The notes under the pieces are model-generated. The model worked only from the letters and a program-made list of their open reading frames with translations. It was not told the origin of the DNA and did not search any database. DNA of 63,971 nucleotides, the filler included, from Octopus bimaculoides (taxonomy: Eukaryota), in the NCBI RefSeq assembly GCF_001194135.2. It is 6 parts of 5 records of this genome, joined end to end, with 100 filler letters (N's around TTAATTAATTAA, not from the genome) between each part and the next. Parts side by side here need not be neighbours in the genome. Positions count along the whole stretch, not along the records: positions 62,392 to 63,971 come from NC_069008.1; 5 more parts are not named here. One strand, written 5' to 3'. A program made the position numbers and the translations under genes. How positions within the stretch are numbered: the stretch's first letter is position 1; every line of letters starts with the position of its first letter. Of the stretch, positions 63,050 through 63,971 are shown piece after piece.

Positions 63050-63119
63050 TACCTTTGATGGTTTTTATTCCCATGCTGACCACTTGATAAGATCAATATT
63101 TTAAATATCGATCTTATCC

Positions 63120-63163
<44 letters not shown>

Positions 63164-63479
63164 ATATGTACATTCATATATATATATATATATATATGTA
63201 TGTATATATGTACATTCATATATATATATAATATATATATATATGTATATATATTTATTCGTATATATATTTTATCTATATTAGTGTTTGTTTTTATGTT
63301 TAGTTATAATGAAGGGTTACTCTATGCTTTTCTAGAGTACAAATTTATCATTCTTAAGCAAGAATGTTACTGAAAGTGACTTCAAAGTTTCAGTTAGCTC
63401 AGCCAGTGTTGGATTGCCCAGTCCGATGATGACTTAGCTGGCCAAAACTTCAAAGTCACTATCAATAATATTGAGTGTT

Positions 63480-63525
63480 TGAGAATATTATATACATATA
63501 TGTATGTATGCATGTATAGTATATA

Positions 63526-63593
<68 letters not shown>

Positions 63594-63868
63594 TATATAT
63601 ATACATATACACATCCACCCATATATATATATATACACACATACATATACATATATATATATACATATATATATTTATATGCATATTTATATATGCATAT
63701 ATGCATATATATATATATATACTTGCATACATGTATATATGCATACATACATAATGCATACATATACATGTATGTGTATGTATATATCTACGTATATATA
63801 TATATATATGTATGTATTTATACATATATATGTGTGTGTGTATATATGTGTATGTATATCTATGTATA

Positions 63869-63899
<31 letters not shown>

Positions 63900-63920
63900 A
63901 TACGTATATATATATGTATG
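63480..63920. repeat. (TA)n/(TATG)n/(CA)n compound microsatellite field
   Basis: Read directly; explains the Y/I/C/M-rich ORFs. Confidence 0.95.
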
Positions 63921-63971
63921 GATAACACCATTTGAGCGTGGCCATTGCCAGTATCGCTTCACTGGCACATA

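Noticed and set aside
63375-63460. 16-bp imperfect inverted repeat around a gatgatga (C-box-like) motif
   Set aside because: No D box (CUGA) at the 3' end; not supportable as a snoRNA.
679-63968. Long ORFs made of X, YI/CV/HT/ER repeats, poly-N/T/S/H/L
   Set aside because: Translations of N gaps and di-, tri- or tetranucleotide microsatellites; no coding signal.

Overview
AT-rich, microsatellite-saturated animal DNA with many N gaps. The repeat complement suggests an octopus genome (inference; no search was run). No host protein-coding gene can be called: the long ORFs are gaps, microsatellite translations or decayed transposons, so the window is probably intronic or intergenic. It holds several tRNA-derived SINE families, six decayed fragments of R4/Dong-type LINEs (two ending in (TAA)n), a CR1/L2 LINE, two Gypsy gag-protease relics and a full-length inactive mariner with intact TIRs and TA TSD. 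It also holds Helitron/Helentron-type elements and MITEs or foldbacks, including a Merlin-like and a hAT-like MITE with 8-bp TSDs. The most notable signal is four dispersed minimal type-I hammerhead-ribozyme folds with palindromic helix III, the Penelope-like dimeric type. One has a G3-C8 swapped core and sits inside the mariner; one is fused to a SINE 3' half; two have long helix II extensions. Two palindromes also carry half-hammerhead motifs. All folds were read by eye, and decayed-element boundaries are approximate.
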